The position numbers and the translations under genes were made by a program. A stretch of DNA of 60,466 bases from Stramenopiles sp. TOSAG23-2 (lineage: Eukaryota), in NCBI GenBank assembly GCA_900128395.1, contig LT649250.1, positions 1 to 60,466 on the forward strand, in the 5' to 3' direction. Within the stretch, counting starts at the first letter, position 1. The number at the start of each line of letters is the position of its first letter. Shown here piece after piece: positions 21,701 to 32,128 of the stretch. The notes beneath the pieces are model-generated. The model had not been told where the DNA came from. It saw only the letters and a list, made by a program, of their open reading frames with translations, and ran no database searches.

Positions 21701-24700
21701 TGCTTGACTAAGAAGTTACTCAATTCAATCCCAGATTGAGATGTTGAGGAAAGTTCTGCTTCCAAGGTTGACGCTAAAATGGTCCTAATTGTGGAAGTAT
21801 TATCATACGAAGAACCACTAGGGCTTGAAGTGGATTTCATCGAGAGCCACCATTCTGGTATCGCAAATCTACTGGTGACAAGTCTTAAAAACTTAAAAAA
21901 TGTATTTGTTACGGATTCATCGCCCACAAATGTTCCCATAATATTAAAAGGAATATTTACCGTGATCGATCGTTGCCATATAATAGTCAGAAGCAGTTTT
22001 CTTCCGTTTAAAATCGTTATTTTGCGAATATAAGCAAGTAACGTCTCCGCTAAATGTTCATAGGAGATGTTCTTTAGTTCATTTAAAAACGATTTAAAAT
22101 CACTACCTACAGGAAATGCAGATGCGCTAATTGTCTGCAGCTCCTTTCGCACGTCAGTTTGCACTTGAGAATGCGTTGAATTACGGCGTTTAAAAACTCG
22201 ATTAATAGCAACATTGTTTCTATTTCTTGATGAAGAGTCATCATCAATAGTAAATTCTTCCTCCATCCCGTCCTCTGTAAATTCCGATGTCTCGCCATTT
22301 TTTTCACCTTCTTGTGCTTCTAAATTTGTCTTGTCATCACCATCTATCTGTTGTTGCATATCGTCATCCATATCATCGTCATCTTCATTCATCTCGTCTT
22401 CCTCTTCTTCTTCTTCCTCCTCTTCCTCTTCGTCGTCTGTCATTTTATCGTTTGCGTCCTCTTCTTCATTTTTACTTGCTTCTAATTCCTCGCTATGAGC
22501 TAATATCCATTGAATACTTTCTTCTATGTTTCCTTCGCATACATCATATGCAATTTCACACCAATTTTTAGGAAATCCCATTGCTAAAATAGGAGCAAGC
22601 TCAGCGTCTTGATCATCTTGTTCTGGCGCTTTTGGATCTATTGTAGCGATAACGTTGTCGCCTGTATTTGTTGCTACATTCCCTTGATCCTCTATTACAG
22701 CTATACTCGTTGCTTCGATTTGGCTTACCTCTGCATTTTCTATGGATAAATCAATAGATGACACAGTAAAATTGTTTTCCATGTTGCTATCAGCTCTGTT
22801 CTTAAAGTTATACGTTTGATCGCCTTCGCCTTTATCAAAAGATCTAAATGGTATCCTTGAAAGCCCTGAATCAGATTTTATAGCAAGTCTAATAACTGAC
22901 CTCGATACCCGTTCCGTGCCACAGGAAGAAGCGTGCGAAATACTTACGTCCAGTATATCAGATGTGAAATATGCAATCGCACCGCAAATAAATCTTGAAA
23001 CATGTGGAATGACTTTCTCTATATCGTAAGCAGATTTTGTAATAACTCTGTCAATTTCTGCTTGTAATTGCTTGCAAACTTTCCACCATCCATCCGATTT
23101 AATATGTTCTATATTATATGCATATAAATTAGCCATTTCTTTCATAGATTCTTCGATCTCGGCATCAACTTTCAGCACAGAGTGACAATATTCACCAGCT
23201 GCTTCAAAAATAATTTCTTCCTGGGCCACTTTCTCTTCATTAACTTCATCCATGAAAGCTGAAAAAATCCCGTTTGCCATATTGTTCAGAATCCAATTTA
23301 AAAACGAAACGCCATTCGGTTGCAACTTGATCTCATTATATTCTTTTTTTACGTTGAATTTAATAGATTTGCTCATGTCAATTGGATTTAAAATTAAAAG
23401 AGCCTTTGTCGGCATATCAAATCCATGTAAGAACAAGGGCATGTTTGTTCCTATTGCCATGGAAGATAATTCCCTTCGCTGAGAATACCAACGTGACATG
23501 AGGGACTCAAAAATTCGCTCCAATACAGGTAATTGGTTCAAACCACACGTATCTGTTTCTACTATTGACAAATCTAAAAGTTTCTGACAAAATTGTTTTC
23601 CATTTTCATGGTTGAATAAAGTATTTACTGCATTAGCATTGCCTAAAGCTTGCGTCAAAACTTTTAATTGTTGGTTAACAAACAGAGCTTCTTTTATTTT
23701 AGATTCGTTTGGATTCAAAAGAGGAATTTCATCTTGCCAACCGTCAGACGTGTCTATTTTCTTTGGCGCTTCTACTTTTTCTTCCTCCCCGTCTTCTTCT
23801 AGGTTCACATCTTCCTTTGATACCAATGCCGAAGGTAAAATTATAAGCTTATCAAATTTCTCGTAAACATTTTCCGCCAATACACACGACATAGTCGTAG
23901 AAATAAGCTTATCAGAAAATAAATCGCCTTTCACATTTACTTGTGGTTTAGGAATGACATTTTGGACCGAACATAGTCGTTGCTTTCCATATCGATCTAC
24001 AACTGATTTATCTAATAACACATTAACTCGATCAGACTTCATATCATAATCTTGTACAATTCCCACAGCAACATCTGAAAAACTCCATTGATCTAGTGCT
24101 ACTGCATCACTAATTTGAACTTTACCACCTGGTCGAAGTGGTTCGTAGTAACCACCTAAAACTGCAAATACCGACATCTTTTCCTTATAGACTACTTCAG
24201 ATTCCTTATTTTGATTTATATCGCGTTTCAGTACTGCCAACAAAATATTTTCTATTAATGACTTCCATTTTGGACTTTGAGCAAGAGATCTTATAAGGGA
24301 AACCGAGTCGGAGGACAAAGTAGCTGCCCGTAATGGGTGGTGCAAGGTTGAGCACTCCCTAACAGTGTGACCTATAGGTGCAGATGTTCTAGCAATAAAC
24401 TTTAAAAAGTGATTTACGAGACCAAAAGCACCAACTTTATTGGTTGATTCTGGCAAAATACATTGCAATCTTTCGGGATGCATCTCAGGCAAGACGTGTC
24501 GCAATAGTCTTAATATACGCCTTTCTATATGTGCCGGGCTTGCATGCAGTAAATTTAAAATCAATGTAAGCCATTTAGGTTCGGAAAGTAAGTCAACACA
24601 CCCCACTAAATCATTAAATCTTAGCAAGAAAGAAACAGATTCCCCAACAAATATTTCTATATTGTCCGTTGCATAAACGACATCGTCATTGGCACTGTCT

Positions 24701-27700
24701 ACTTGAGATTCCTTTAACCGATCTACTGCTTGACCCATTTCGAGAAACAAAATTTTAAACACATCCGTAGGCACGTCCTTGCTACCTATATTTTTCAATA
24801 TTAATGTCAATTGTGACGCCAATAAGTTAAACGTTTTTAAATTTGACTTTTGGCAAAGATCTACATAAAACATCTCATTGGACATCCCGCTTGTGCTAGA
24901 AATTTCTTCATACAAGTGTTGATGCTTTTGGTTTGCCATATGAAGAGCGTGAAATATACCTGATTTATCTAATACGGCTTTAAACTGAAGCTGTAATTTC
25001 ATTTTGATCGCACAGCATACCGTTAAAATATGCTGCAAATGATATGATTTAGTTTCGATGCTTTTTCGTAGTAGCTCGACCAAGGACGTATATACTGTAA
25101 TATAATCATGCTGTAGCTCCTGGACCATTTTCATGTTGCAACCGGCTGTGCCACTCGAAAATATAATATTTCGATATGAGGAAGATATTACACTTAGATA
25201 TGCACCCAATATTTTTTCGTTTTTTAACTTAAGAAGTTGCTTTCGAATCAGTTTGTAAGCATCCATTCGAAAGTTTGTTATTGAAGAAGCACGTAAAATA
25301 TTCCTTTTTATGACATTCAAGTCGACTTTGGTACTAAAAAATTTCGTAATGTCCCGTAGCACATCTTCGATACGATCTGTTTCTTCCAATGATGAAGAGT
25401 ACCTGCTTCTTAATTTTCCTCCTGAGTTTTTCCTATCCTTCTTCTTAACAGGGGCTTTTTTCCCTGAAGATACCGTTTCACCACTCGCTTTACTAGAATC
25501 TTTTTGCGAGTACAACAACATAAATACTTCTTTCATTCTTGACACTTCTTCGTTGATTGAAGCCTCCAACGCGTTTGAAGTTATTTCCCGAACTGGCGAG
25601 TAAAAATTTGACAGAAACTCTACTTTTGATTCTAATGTCAATTTCACATCCTCCGCACTCATCTTATTATTTTGCGCGTATGCGCGTAGCTTATCCAACG
25701 TAATTTTAAATGTCGATAGTATCGTCATTAAATTTTCTGGTGGAATAATTTTCATTAAAACATTTTTATCCGAATCTAATGATACATTGTATTTGTCAAA
25801 TGAACGATGCAATTCATTTGATAATTGTAACGTAAGCTTTGAGTTACCACTAAAATAAATTATAGTGGCTAACAATTTCTTGATACATTTTGGAAACTTC
25901 TTATACCAATGGCGAACGAGCATATGAATATTAGCATTATGTTCTAACCATGTAAAAATCAAATCTTTATTGCTTTGACCTTTTCTTTGTCCCGTTAACT
26001 CGCTGGTTAAATCTAACAGGCTATCGCTTTGATTTAAATTGAATTCTGTTCCAATCAAACCACCCTCCAAAATCGAAGAAGACAGCCATTGTTCAGAATC
26101 ACGAGCTTCTTTTTTCATTTGAAGACTTGCAACGTTAGTACCAGTGCTAGTCAATCCCAATAATTCTTTCTCTTTTATACCGGCCGGTGGTGGTTCGCCA
26201 AAGACTAATTTAGGTGGTACGTAACCCGTATCAACAGTTTCATTCTTTGCCAAATAATACTCGCAATCAAGCAAACAAACTGTAAGTTTTCCTAAAAATT
26301 GGCTGAGTAAGATGGAAATGTAAGTGCATTGCTTATGAACTGTGCTACTTGTTTTGATAACATTCAATATTTTATTTAAAACAGATATCAAATCAACTAC
26401 ATGGTTCTTCATATTTTGTATTGTACTTAATTCAAACTCACTCCTCAAACAAATAGAAATCAATATTTGAGGCAATAAGACCATCAAGAATGGATTTTGA
26501 AACATTGTTTCTTCTATTCCATCCTGTGTATTTTTTATATCGTTTAAAAATCCAGCAAACAACTCTTTTGCCTGATTTAATAAATGTAAAAGACAATCTG
26601 TGGCCACATCAGCCATTTTAAACTGGCAGCACTTATAGATTTCCTCATTTGAAGACGATAGATCGTAAATACCATGGTTCTCCTCCTCAAGAATTGAACC
26701 AAAGAAAAAGTCAACATATGTAACTTGATCCCCTTTGTCGCGTAACGACACCGTAGGAACCACCGGAAGATTTTGGGAAAAGTTTCTAAATGCAACACCA
26801 AAAGACCTTCGTTCTTTATAATTTCCAAATGATAATGTCCCGCCATCAATAGAAGTTGTGTCATAGGTCATATAAATTAAAGTGCCCGGAAGAATGCGTT
26901 CGCAATAATACCTATCTTTTGCACGACCACGTCTAAAGATTTTCCCTCTTAAATCAAGTGAAACTCCAAAATTTTCACTGCCAACGTAGTTATTTGAATT
27001 AAATTTAGATTCTTTTGCCATGCCAATGTATATCCGGCCTTTGCTTATATTATCAACTCTAAAAACCCAAGTCCAAACCCCACTGTCACAAACTACGGTT
27101 TCTTGTGTAGTTATAGAACCCCATACATTTTCTGTATTATGTTTTGCCTGTTTTCCGGTTTCTTTGTCTATAGATACACATTTCGCTTTTCTCCGCAGAT
27201 CAAAACTTGAAGAATCTACAATATTCGCGTTATTGTTACTTGTAATCTTTGCCGACTTTATTTTCTCCAACTTCTTTACCAGTGGAACATCTAACATATC
27301 AATTGTTGTATAATGCTCCTTTGGGACACTTTGTGCTGGATTAGGTACAGAAGTCCCAAAAATCAATTGAAACAATATTTGGGCAAAACTTATCATAATT
27401 TGGCGTTCTTTTTTATCAATCGTCTCAGCACCTTTAAAATACGATAAAATTGAATTAAATAGGATACTACTAATTCTTTTGAAATCTTTGACTTTCTCTG
27501 CCTTTGATATCTTTTTATCTGACACGATTGAACCTTTTTTGCCATACCGACTTAAGCATTCTAAATATAATTGGCTTATTGATTTTAATGTGTGCATCTT
27601 TTTTACCTGATTTCCAGACCAGTGTAAAGCACGCTCTTTAACCCACGTAGCTGGTGCATTTTCTTTTAAGTAGTTTAAAATATTCATTTTTGTAAATTCA

Positions 27701-30700
27701 GGAACCTCTTTACTGGGTTCGATATATGGTTTTGGTGTATCGCATACCTCACACTTTATTGCACTGTGTTGATTATTAAATGTGCATGCGATGCAAGCCC
27801 ACACCGCCGTCGTTTCTGTTTTTTTCTTCTTTCCACTTTGAACTTCTATGCCATCTTCTACATATTTCTGGACTTCTTCTATTGGCCATATGGCTATAAC
27901 TCCATTCTTTTTAATTTTTCTTCTCGTGTTATCATTACTATTATTTGTATGTTTCCTCACTTGGAAGTTTTCAAAATTTAATCTACTTTGGTTTAAGTCT
28001 AATTCAAATATTGGGGTAACTAAATCATCTGGTATTGTTTCCACTAATATTCCAAGCTCACATGTACACTTTTTGCATAATAAAAAAAATATTTTCTTGT
28101 GTTGACTCCCAACAAATTTCACATCTACGCCATACACCAGACTCATATCAAAACTATTGTTGTTGATGACATTTTCATTTTGGATCATGTTGTTAAAATT
28201 CAAAAATATACCTGTCAACAATGACTGTCGTTCAGTGGAACTTGGAAAGAAAATATCTACGTAATCAATGAGAATTTCGGCACACTCCTTACGTATAATA
28301 TTTAAAAATTCTAGATCTGCAATAATAATGCTGATATTGGTACTTTCTGTTGCCACCAAAACTAGCATTTCTTTTAAATTTTGCAGCAATGGATTATTAT
28401 TTAAATGAACATGTTTTTCCGTCTTCTCCGATGCATGTATTGCTTCAAAAAGGTTTGCATTTATAATCCGTAATATTGATATTGCAAAAACATTTGTTAA
28501 GGATGGATTTTGATCAAACGATGTGTGAAACAAAGCTTGACCAAATAAAGATACTAGAAGATTAAATGGTAGCTCATATGGTTGCACTGCTAACTGACTT
28601 TGGTATGTTGGGTGTTTAATTTTTGATGACCGAATATCACTTTTTATTGATACATATGCTTTACACATTCTACTTATTCCATATATCATACCAGTAACAA
28701 AAATTGAATTAGTCAAATTGTTTTCACTAACAGATTTGTCAACGATCGCTTTCATTGTAACATGCAATATATCGTTGCTACTATCGCCAAGTTCACCCTT
28801 ACCCCTAGAACTAGAGGGAAAGGAATCAATCTTGTCAGCTTTTAATTTTTCCAACCGTAAATCATCCCATAAATCAATAACGTTTTCCTGGACTTTTCCA
28901 TTCGAGGAGACTAAAAGAACTGTCCCATGATTGCCAACACTACGATCACCAAGTACAGTAGAATCGTGAACCACATTGCCAAAACCTTCATCACATTTCC
29001 AAAATCCTAATATGTCAGGATGGCTATGTACTTTTGAACATCGTCCACATGATAACCTTATTTGTTCGGTAGTAAGACATTTTTTCCACATCTGCAATGA
29101 AGCTAATGAGCCTGCCCATTCTCTGCTAGTGTTTTCCAGCTTTTCCTCGATTCCCGTGTAAATTTGACTTTGCGTATTTTTATATTGATGGTGTCCAAGT
29201 GTTAATGGCCCAACTCCATATCCTATTGCACATAGTATATGATTATACTGATCAACAACAAGATGATCTAAATAAAATTTGACAGATAGATATGAACGAG
29301 ATGGATCATACGAGACTGCAACTCCCATTGAATACCATTGATTCCCTAAAACTGCGTTTGGTTGTGAGCAAACCGTACATGACCCGTAGAACCTTATATA
29401 TATACGGCCATCATGCGTTACACCCACTTCATAGCCTCCGCTATCTTTTCTTAAGCGTGTCACCCCGAATGAATTTGATGCTTTACTTGTTTTTGTTAAG
29501 TGATCGTATATGGGCTCATATTTATAATCTGGACATGTACCTTTGGACAACAGAACATTCCACCTTTTACCATTCTTAGACAACTCTTCTGGTGTTTTCA
29601 TTCTTACTTGGATATGCATCTGCCTATTTTTACGAAAACTGTAATAATCTTTTTTATCAGCAATCTTGACGCAAGAAAATACATTATTATAATTATTATT
29701 ATTATTATTATTATTATCCTTTTTCCTTTTGAATTTTTCAAAATTTATAACATGTTTTACATCGTTGTTAAAGAAATGTTTGCAATTCTTAATTGGGTAC
29801 GAACATGCTTCTTTTGCATACCTCATCGATATTTTTGTTTTTACCGTAGATTTTATACTTATACAAGGTAATAAATATCTAGAATACATTCCAGCCGATT
29901 TTTTTTCATCCTTTCTAGATAGTATAGCCATAAAATTGGACGCTTTCGGTATATCAAATTTTGCTACGAATTTGCCATTAATATAATACATCATCTCCTT
30001 TTTCGTAACATCAATAGCGCAACCTAATACAGTCCCAAGTGCCATGGTCTTCACAACAATGTCTTCTTTTTCGCTATTTTTAACATCATATTCTTTTGTC
30101 CCCACAATACCTTTAATCTGTTTCACCAATGAAAATGCGCATTCATCCTTTAAATCGCCCAGTTGTATGTCATACGGTATTTTTGATCCAGGTGTTTCCT
30201 TCTTCTTGCTCTCAGTATTTTTTTTGTTTATACTTTCCTTTTTTGTATCTGCTATATCTTTCTCATTACTATCATTGATAGGGTTGAACATCCATCCTAT
30301 ACGAAAAAATGTACAATTGTCATTAGTGTCAACGTTCGATAGTAATTTAATTTCAAAATATAACACATTGCTTTTATTATTATTGCCATTTACGATACTG
30401 TTTGTAGATACTTTATAAGATTTGCCAGAAAATACACTGTAGCCAGAGGTTGAGTCATCGACTTCCAATTTTGCACCACCTGCTCGTTTCCAAATCACTC
30501 TTCCTGTCGTACGGCATTTCCATTCCAGAATTGAGCTTTTGACCCAATGCTTTGCCACATCATATATAAGACGGTCTTGGTTTGGTACCCAAATGTTTAA
30601 TAATAAAGACAACAAGAGACCAGTTTCACTGGCATAATGTTCTGAATCTCCATGATCTTTATATTCCTTTAAAATAACTTTTGTTGCAATTAATATTGTT

Positions 30701-31455
30701 TCAAGAGAACTATTAAATAATCCTTTTTGAAACAAATTTCCTATTGCTTTCTTTTTATCATAATCCTCTCTTACTTTTGCTAAACTCATTTGGTTTGAAT
30801 TAGTACTACCAATACTATTATTGCTATTACTGCTTTCTCGACTGCTGCTTCTTTTTAACTTGGTTGGATTTATGGACTTATTATTATTATCCCCACTATC
30901 TTCTTGTTTTTTTCTTGCTGGTCGAACAAGGATATGGTGCCGCAATAAATTATATAAATTTTCTTCTCCCTTTGAAGTTCGCATTTCACGCAACAAACTA
31001 TCAAAAATTTTAACATTCACTTTTGGATCTTCTTCCACTGAAAAAGCCCTCTCTTCTTGTTGTTTTTGTACAATATTTTTAATAATTTTATCTTGCTGCG
31101 GCAACTTCTTCCATAAAAACTCTTTTTTCTTACTAGTATATTGCAAATGTACATATCCATCTAGAAGTTCAGTTAAATTTTTACGATTTAATGTGCGTGC
31201 ATATCGACCTGAGTGCGCCATAATGGATACTTGCTGTATGAACTTTTCCACTGGTTTCCTAGTCGCCTCTTCATTTATGTTCTTTTCCAACTCGCTAGGT
31301 TCACGGTTATTATTATTATTATTATTACCCGCTTCAATATTTTGATAACTTTCTTCAAATTCAACAACTTCTTCTGCTGATTCAGCTCTTCTTAAGTTGA
31401 CACGACTTGAAAACGGGCGCCGCCTTGACACCAATAAAGGGTCTTCTTCCATCAT
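15769..31455 (-). CDS. Giant HECT E3 ubiquitin ligase (~5,228 aa) with SPRY, LamG-like, RanBP2-type zinc finger, UBA and MORN-like modules
   Basis: C-terminal HECT (VKFAGEGVADNGGPYR; LPTAQTCFFELKLPAY with catalytic Cys). Zn finger WACIACTFNN..CEVCDTPKP. UBA ILAMGFPK..IEESIQWI. SPRY GFSSGLHYWEVK..GDVIGVILD. Likely start MMEEDP at 31455, since the upstream extension is AT-rich and UTR-like. Confidence 0.92.
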   Translation of the reverse strand: MMEEDPLLVSRRRPFSSRVNLRRAESAEEVVEFEESYQNIEAGNNNNNNNREPSELEKNINEEATRKPVEKFIQQVSIMAHSGRYARTLNRKNLTELLDGYVHLQYTSKKKEFLWKKLPQQDKIIKNIVQKQQEERAFSVEEDPKVNVKIFDSLLREMRTSKGEENLYNLLRHHILVRPARKKQEDSGDNNNKSINPTKLKRSSSRESSNSNNSIGSTNSNQMSLAKVREDYDKKKAIGNLFQKGLFNSSLETILIATKVILKEYKDHGDSEHYASETGLLLSLLLNIWVPNQDRLIYDVAKHWVKSSILEWKCRTTGRVIWKRAGGAKLEVDDSTSGYSVFSGKSYKVSTNSIVNGNNNKSNVLYFEIKLLSNVDTNDNCTFFRIGWMFNPINDSNEKDIADTKKESINKKNTESKKKETPGSKIPYDIQLGDLKDECAFSLVKQIKGIVGTKEYDVKNSEKEDIVVKTMALGTVLGCAIDVTKKEMMYYINGKFVAKFDIPKASNFMAILSRKDEKKSAGMYSRYLLPCISIKSTVKTKISMRYAKEACSYPIKNCKHFFNNDVKHVINFEKFKRKKDNNNNNNNNYNNVFSCVKIADKKDYYSFRKNRQMHIQVRMKTPEELSKNGKRWNVLLSKGTCPDYKYEPIYDHLTKTSKASNSFGVTRLRKDSGGYEVGVTHDGRIYIRFYGSCTVCSQPNAVLGNQWYSMGVAVSYDPSRSYLSVKFYLDHLVVDQYNHILCAIGYGVGPLTLGHHQYKNTQSQIYTGIEEKLENTSREWAGSLASLQMWKKCLTTEQIRLSCGRCSKVHSHPDILGFWKCDEGFGNVVHDSTVLGDRSVGNHGTVLLVSSNGKVQENVIDLWDDLRLEKLKADKIDSFPSSSRGKGELGDSSNDILHVTMKAIVDKSVSENNLTNSIFVTGMIYGISRMCKAYVSIKSDIRSSKIKHPTYQSQLAVQPYELPFNLLVSLFGQALFHTSFDQNPSLTNVFAISILRIINANLFEAIHASEKTEKHVHLNNNPLLQNLKEMLVLVATESTNISIIIADLEFLNIIRKECAEILIDYVDIFFPSSTERQSLLTGIFLNFNNMIQNENVINNNSFDMSLVYGVDVKFVGSQHKKIFFLLCKKCTCELGILVETIPDDLVTPIFELDLNQSRLNFENFQVRKHTNNSNDNTRRKIKKNGVIAIWPIEEVQKYVEDGIEVQSGKKKKTETTAVWACIACTFNNQHSAIKCEVCDTPKPYIEPSKEVPEFTKMNILNYLKENAPATWVKERALHWSGNQVKKMHTLKSISQLYLECLSRYGKKGSIVSDKKISKAEKVKDFKRISSILFNSILSYFKGAETIDKKERQIMISFAQILFQLIFGTSVPNPAQSVPKEHYTTIDMLDVPLVKKLEKIKSAKITSNNNANIVDSSSFDLRRKAKCVSIDKETGKQAKHNTENVWGSITTQETVVCDSGVWTWVFRVDNISKGRIYIGMAKESKFNSNNYVGSENFGVSLDLRGKIFRRGRAKDRYYCERILPGTLIYMTYDTTSIDGGTLSFGNYKERRSFGVAFRNFSQNLPVVPTVSLRDKGDQVTYVDFFFGSILEEENHGIYDLSSSNEEIYKCCQFKMADVATDCLLHLLNQAKELFAGFLNDIKNTQDGIEETMFQNPFLMVLLPQILISICLRSEFELSTIQNMKNHVVDLISVLNKILNVIKTSSTVHKQCTYISILLSQFLGKLTVCLLDCEYYLAKNETVDTGYVPPKLVFGEPPPAGIKEKELLGLTSTGTNVASLQMKKEARDSEQWLSSSILEGGLIGTEFNLNQSDSLLDLTSELTGQRKGQSNKDLIFTWLEHNANIHMLVRHWYKKFPKCIKKLLATIIYFSGNSKLTLQLSNELHRSFDKYNVSLDSDKNVLMKIIPPENLMTILSTFKITLDKLRAYAQNNKMSAEDVKLTLESKVEFLSNFYSPVREITSNALEASINEEVSRMKEVFMLLYSQKDSSKASGETVSSGKKAPVKKKDRKNSGGKLRSRYSSSLEETDRIEDVLRDITKFFSTKVDLNVIKRNILRASSITNFRMDAYKLIRKQLLKLKNEKILGAYLSVISSSYRNIIFSSGTAGCNMKMVQELQHDYITVYTSLVELLRKSIETKSYHLQHILTVCCAIKMKLQLQFKAVLDKSGIFHALHMANQKHQHLYEEISSTSGMSNEMFYVDLCQKSNLKTFNLLASQLTLILKNIGSKDVPTDVFKILFLEMGQAVDRLKESQVDSANDDVVYATDNIEIFVGESVSFLLRFNDLVGCVDLLSEPKWLTLILNLLHASPAHIERRILRLLRHVLPEMHPERLQCILPESTNKVGAFGLVNHFLKFIARTSAPIGHTVRECSTLHHPLRAATLSSDSVSLIRSLAQSPKWKSLIENILLAVLKRDINQNKESEVVYKEKMSVFAVLGGYYEPLRPGGKVQISDAVALDQWSFSDVAVGIVQDYDMKSDRVNVLLDKSVVDRYGKQRLCSVQNVIPKPQVNVKGDLFSDKLISTTMSCVLAENVYEKFDKLIILPSALVSKEDVNLEEDGEEEKVEAPKKIDTSDGWQDEIPLLNPNESKIKEALFVNQQLKVLTQALGNANAVNTLFNHENGKQFCQKLLDLSIVETDTCGLNQLPVLERIFESLMSRWYSQRRELSSMAIGTNMPLFLHGFDMPTKALLILNPIDMSKSIKFNVKKEYNEIKLQPNGVSFLNWILNNMANGIFSAFMDEVNEEKVAQEEIIFEAAGEYCHSVLKVDAEIEESMKEMANLYAYNIEHIKSDGWWKVCKQLQAEIDRVITKSAYDIEKVIPHVSRFICGAIAYFTSDILDVSISHASSCGTERVSRSVIRLAIKSDSGLSRIPFRSFDKGEGDQTYNFKNRADSNMENNFTVSSIDLSIENAEVSQIEATSIAVIEDQGNVATNTGDNVIATIDPKAPEQDDQDAELAPILAMGFPKNWCEIAYDVCEGNIEESIQWILAHSEELEASKNEEEDANDKMTDDEEEEEEEEEEEDEMNEDDDDMDDDMQQQIDGDDKTNLEAQEGEKNGETSEFTEDGMEEEFTIDDDSSSRNRNNVAINRVFKRRNSTHSQVQTDVRKELQTISASAFPVGSDFKSFLNELKNISYEHLAETLLAYIRKITILNGRKLLLTIIWQRSITVNIPFNIMGTFVGDESVTNTFFKFLRLVTSRFAIPEWWLSMKSTSSPSGSSYDNTSTIRTILASTLEAELSSTSQSGIELSNFLVKQLGSILANAAQRKFASNRHTEESYVRMTDIKTMETPNIYFAEWITGVLLGTDEGVIPKNDDSIKILKLRNESYLHLFSIWTRTLKSPSTSMKQQAFKILSSILQKVLKLNEHLKTQQDLSKYLEAVPTLRLFSMAARRIYRELEDHPLYSTYSKSLVEFTGLLQLIKSKSQGSNDVTLNDDFQGIENGNFVLSLSSRSYISVSLSTHTMPDKSVPWTAEFWIKRGTMDDGEKNEDSLETISFSSKFRFHIRCSGLTMNDAKFVDYGESSQNSGGGKAPKKRKRRKKGQEKKSADKSKSSSKAKTGKHVCFEIVGFEPLSFEYEVNRGKWTHLALVARKGGGLKTILELYVDGEKIGKHYITTQENIKLPLTYIGSKENGFCGLLGEVRYWRVARSPKEIKRDMVWKLNELPLATQESLLGFWRFDVGSGCYIEDLSKHLTATFVYNAEWAEDTTSLWKKTAIVERTSQSHDEILTCVGSWKRYGLKRVNGFWQSDDVKSAVFKLAVGKHFTKKKSGYVYQISGTVYFPDNGVQFRYEGTLLNSVIITRNDESDDIDDGEDKNDESPFMELDTCTFTEGCKVSFEIIEQILGSPESYQWNLGSKYNGTIEGNILKGKWSNKVKLKNLGPLLPYESRCVFPSANHAANVVISNDGKKINSTVKHKKFSSIFIDVGKDPDNNKKHTVHTMKGRLWEFMHISRGRSADLVVGFAPIAANLKESIEKQKQCIAWNLRTGTISKNGKVYTVGDSRHALYCTNGDILGFLISDDIKSLYLFKNSEVVGYMNLDIKDSPFKWDTVRPCLSIYGTASLRILGFKSGFYNCQYRGSNVLSRCKTISSKAEIPIAIGNISNHVKFCQRYQGYWSRGVPHGFGILYLPGGKTESWKGNWINGKMNGVFEHSNLENGNEILNKNMYATVLSSLNYKIFEKEFLLYSHGKYVRSNAKPPVSLKRLSTEKVPEALNFIDNDVVESSFESEDAVDIEINGSYNFSFDKLFVFDPSSVQGGVDLSDDLQTAKYAGGSKGFVLGNRGFSSGLHYWEVKCESVEWGTMAIGVSHRRNMHSNGGSNNPEYYEEENEGWGDYAFISYRCKVDRQHGQEMYGRFYNTGDVIGVILDMDRGLIAFIKDGLDQFSTQKKAVNFGVAHRFIRTGGVDGDRSRMDSQILYPSFSLSAKDGNNDRVSLKYSKWISRPSGSTRQRLDDAIYAAMMIQNWKKMGVNLPMKFLQESYRLMKSYRLNQRRYLTRPGIFITVDPSPAACKKSSGQNWKAGDRLVSKIRGEVKILGSQRGHIWYTTQDGEDEQTWYWTKEDVAIKVNNGEIRLLQEGEEIPQEDPSVLEGIQSLSMMLQGQVDFSPDDYKVIMLMQGTVDEALTWIFSVGQDGARMAIDQYNEDLKSINDGSLGNDTESKDGNGVSDDKNGTAFNSEAELIALREIDFENFVNLVQNEKWWTIDVDESIVENINQATSRLNLDPAHLKIKDIMSPSHDSNDIFAKKEIPTEACMARFFVLLNLNIKIGTLLPLIDFSIEREKLTSLQQEKIIFSSSFGRKIYDIKNIIFQNTKMNIWEELLDATTEPTQPPMDEYDKPEELVEISINRIKATLDTLKKIGDKSQRFHLSTFGQVYNVMSGWKDKHYRRSFIDVQDKGQSRAFYVKFAGEGVADNGGPYRALFQSACASELECLGILNSTKMGQSNIQEFNASPECMDDTFLKRIKFLGQLIGTAVRHGIIIPLNLSSLIWKPLTGSHVEYGEDLKSLDPVLCSTLKQYRKINLDHINEDLLDDLNEQFEIYLNSKRITKQNLYESLLQIENSRLQRGNIQLEHFYNGISSVLPTELFCLFQPRELENLICGSSDIDLDLLKSMTEYADGYEEENEIIQYFWESLNEMNSKQLSLFLSFVSACERLPRSQSDFTMPFTIKKCSNPNPNERLPTAQTCFFELKLPAYTSKKICFQQIVTAIENSPMMDGDYDLSNRDEYKDL

Positions 31456-31627
31456 GATGTATATATTGTAATATCTTTCTTTTTTTTTTGTAAGTAATAA
31501 TGAAGAAAAGATATATGATGCGTGTGTGTATATATATAATATATATTGTGGTTGTACATATCTAAATATCTTAGTAAATCTATTAACAATATTAAAATAT
31601 CTATTATTTACTACTATCATAGTTTTA

Positions 31628-31659
<32 letters not shown>

Positions 31660-32128
31660 GTTATTATTAGTTTTTTTTTTTTCTTCTTCTATCGATACCT
31701 GGTAGAAGAAGAGCACAAGACCAGAAGAGCAGACCAGGCAGACCAGCAGACCACAACAAAATTTTTCCCATGAGTCTGGATAAGATTGTAGTGATATTCT
31801 TATGTTAACATCAAATTAAGGGTTTTATGAAGTATCATATTATCTCTTACAGTAGTATAACTGAATATCTTAGCCTACTGGCCGCCTACACTAGGAATAC
31901 CTTAAAATAGAATGATTAATCTTTGTTATCGAGCGAAAATACAACAGCACAAGTAGCAACACTCGACTCCTCTCCTCATCAATAATAAAAATAATAAAAA
32001 TAAAACAAACAACAACAAACGGTGTATATTAAATTTAGATGGAACCAAGAAATTATTCAAATCATATATTTCATGATATATATTATTCGATGATTTAGAT
32101 CCATACATTGTAATAACACATTGACACA

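Noticed and set aside
17042-31345. Many short + strand ORFs inside the HECT gene (likewise inside the SET, CNOT10 and other genes)
   Set aside because: Antisense shadows of long coding frames or AAT microsatellites.
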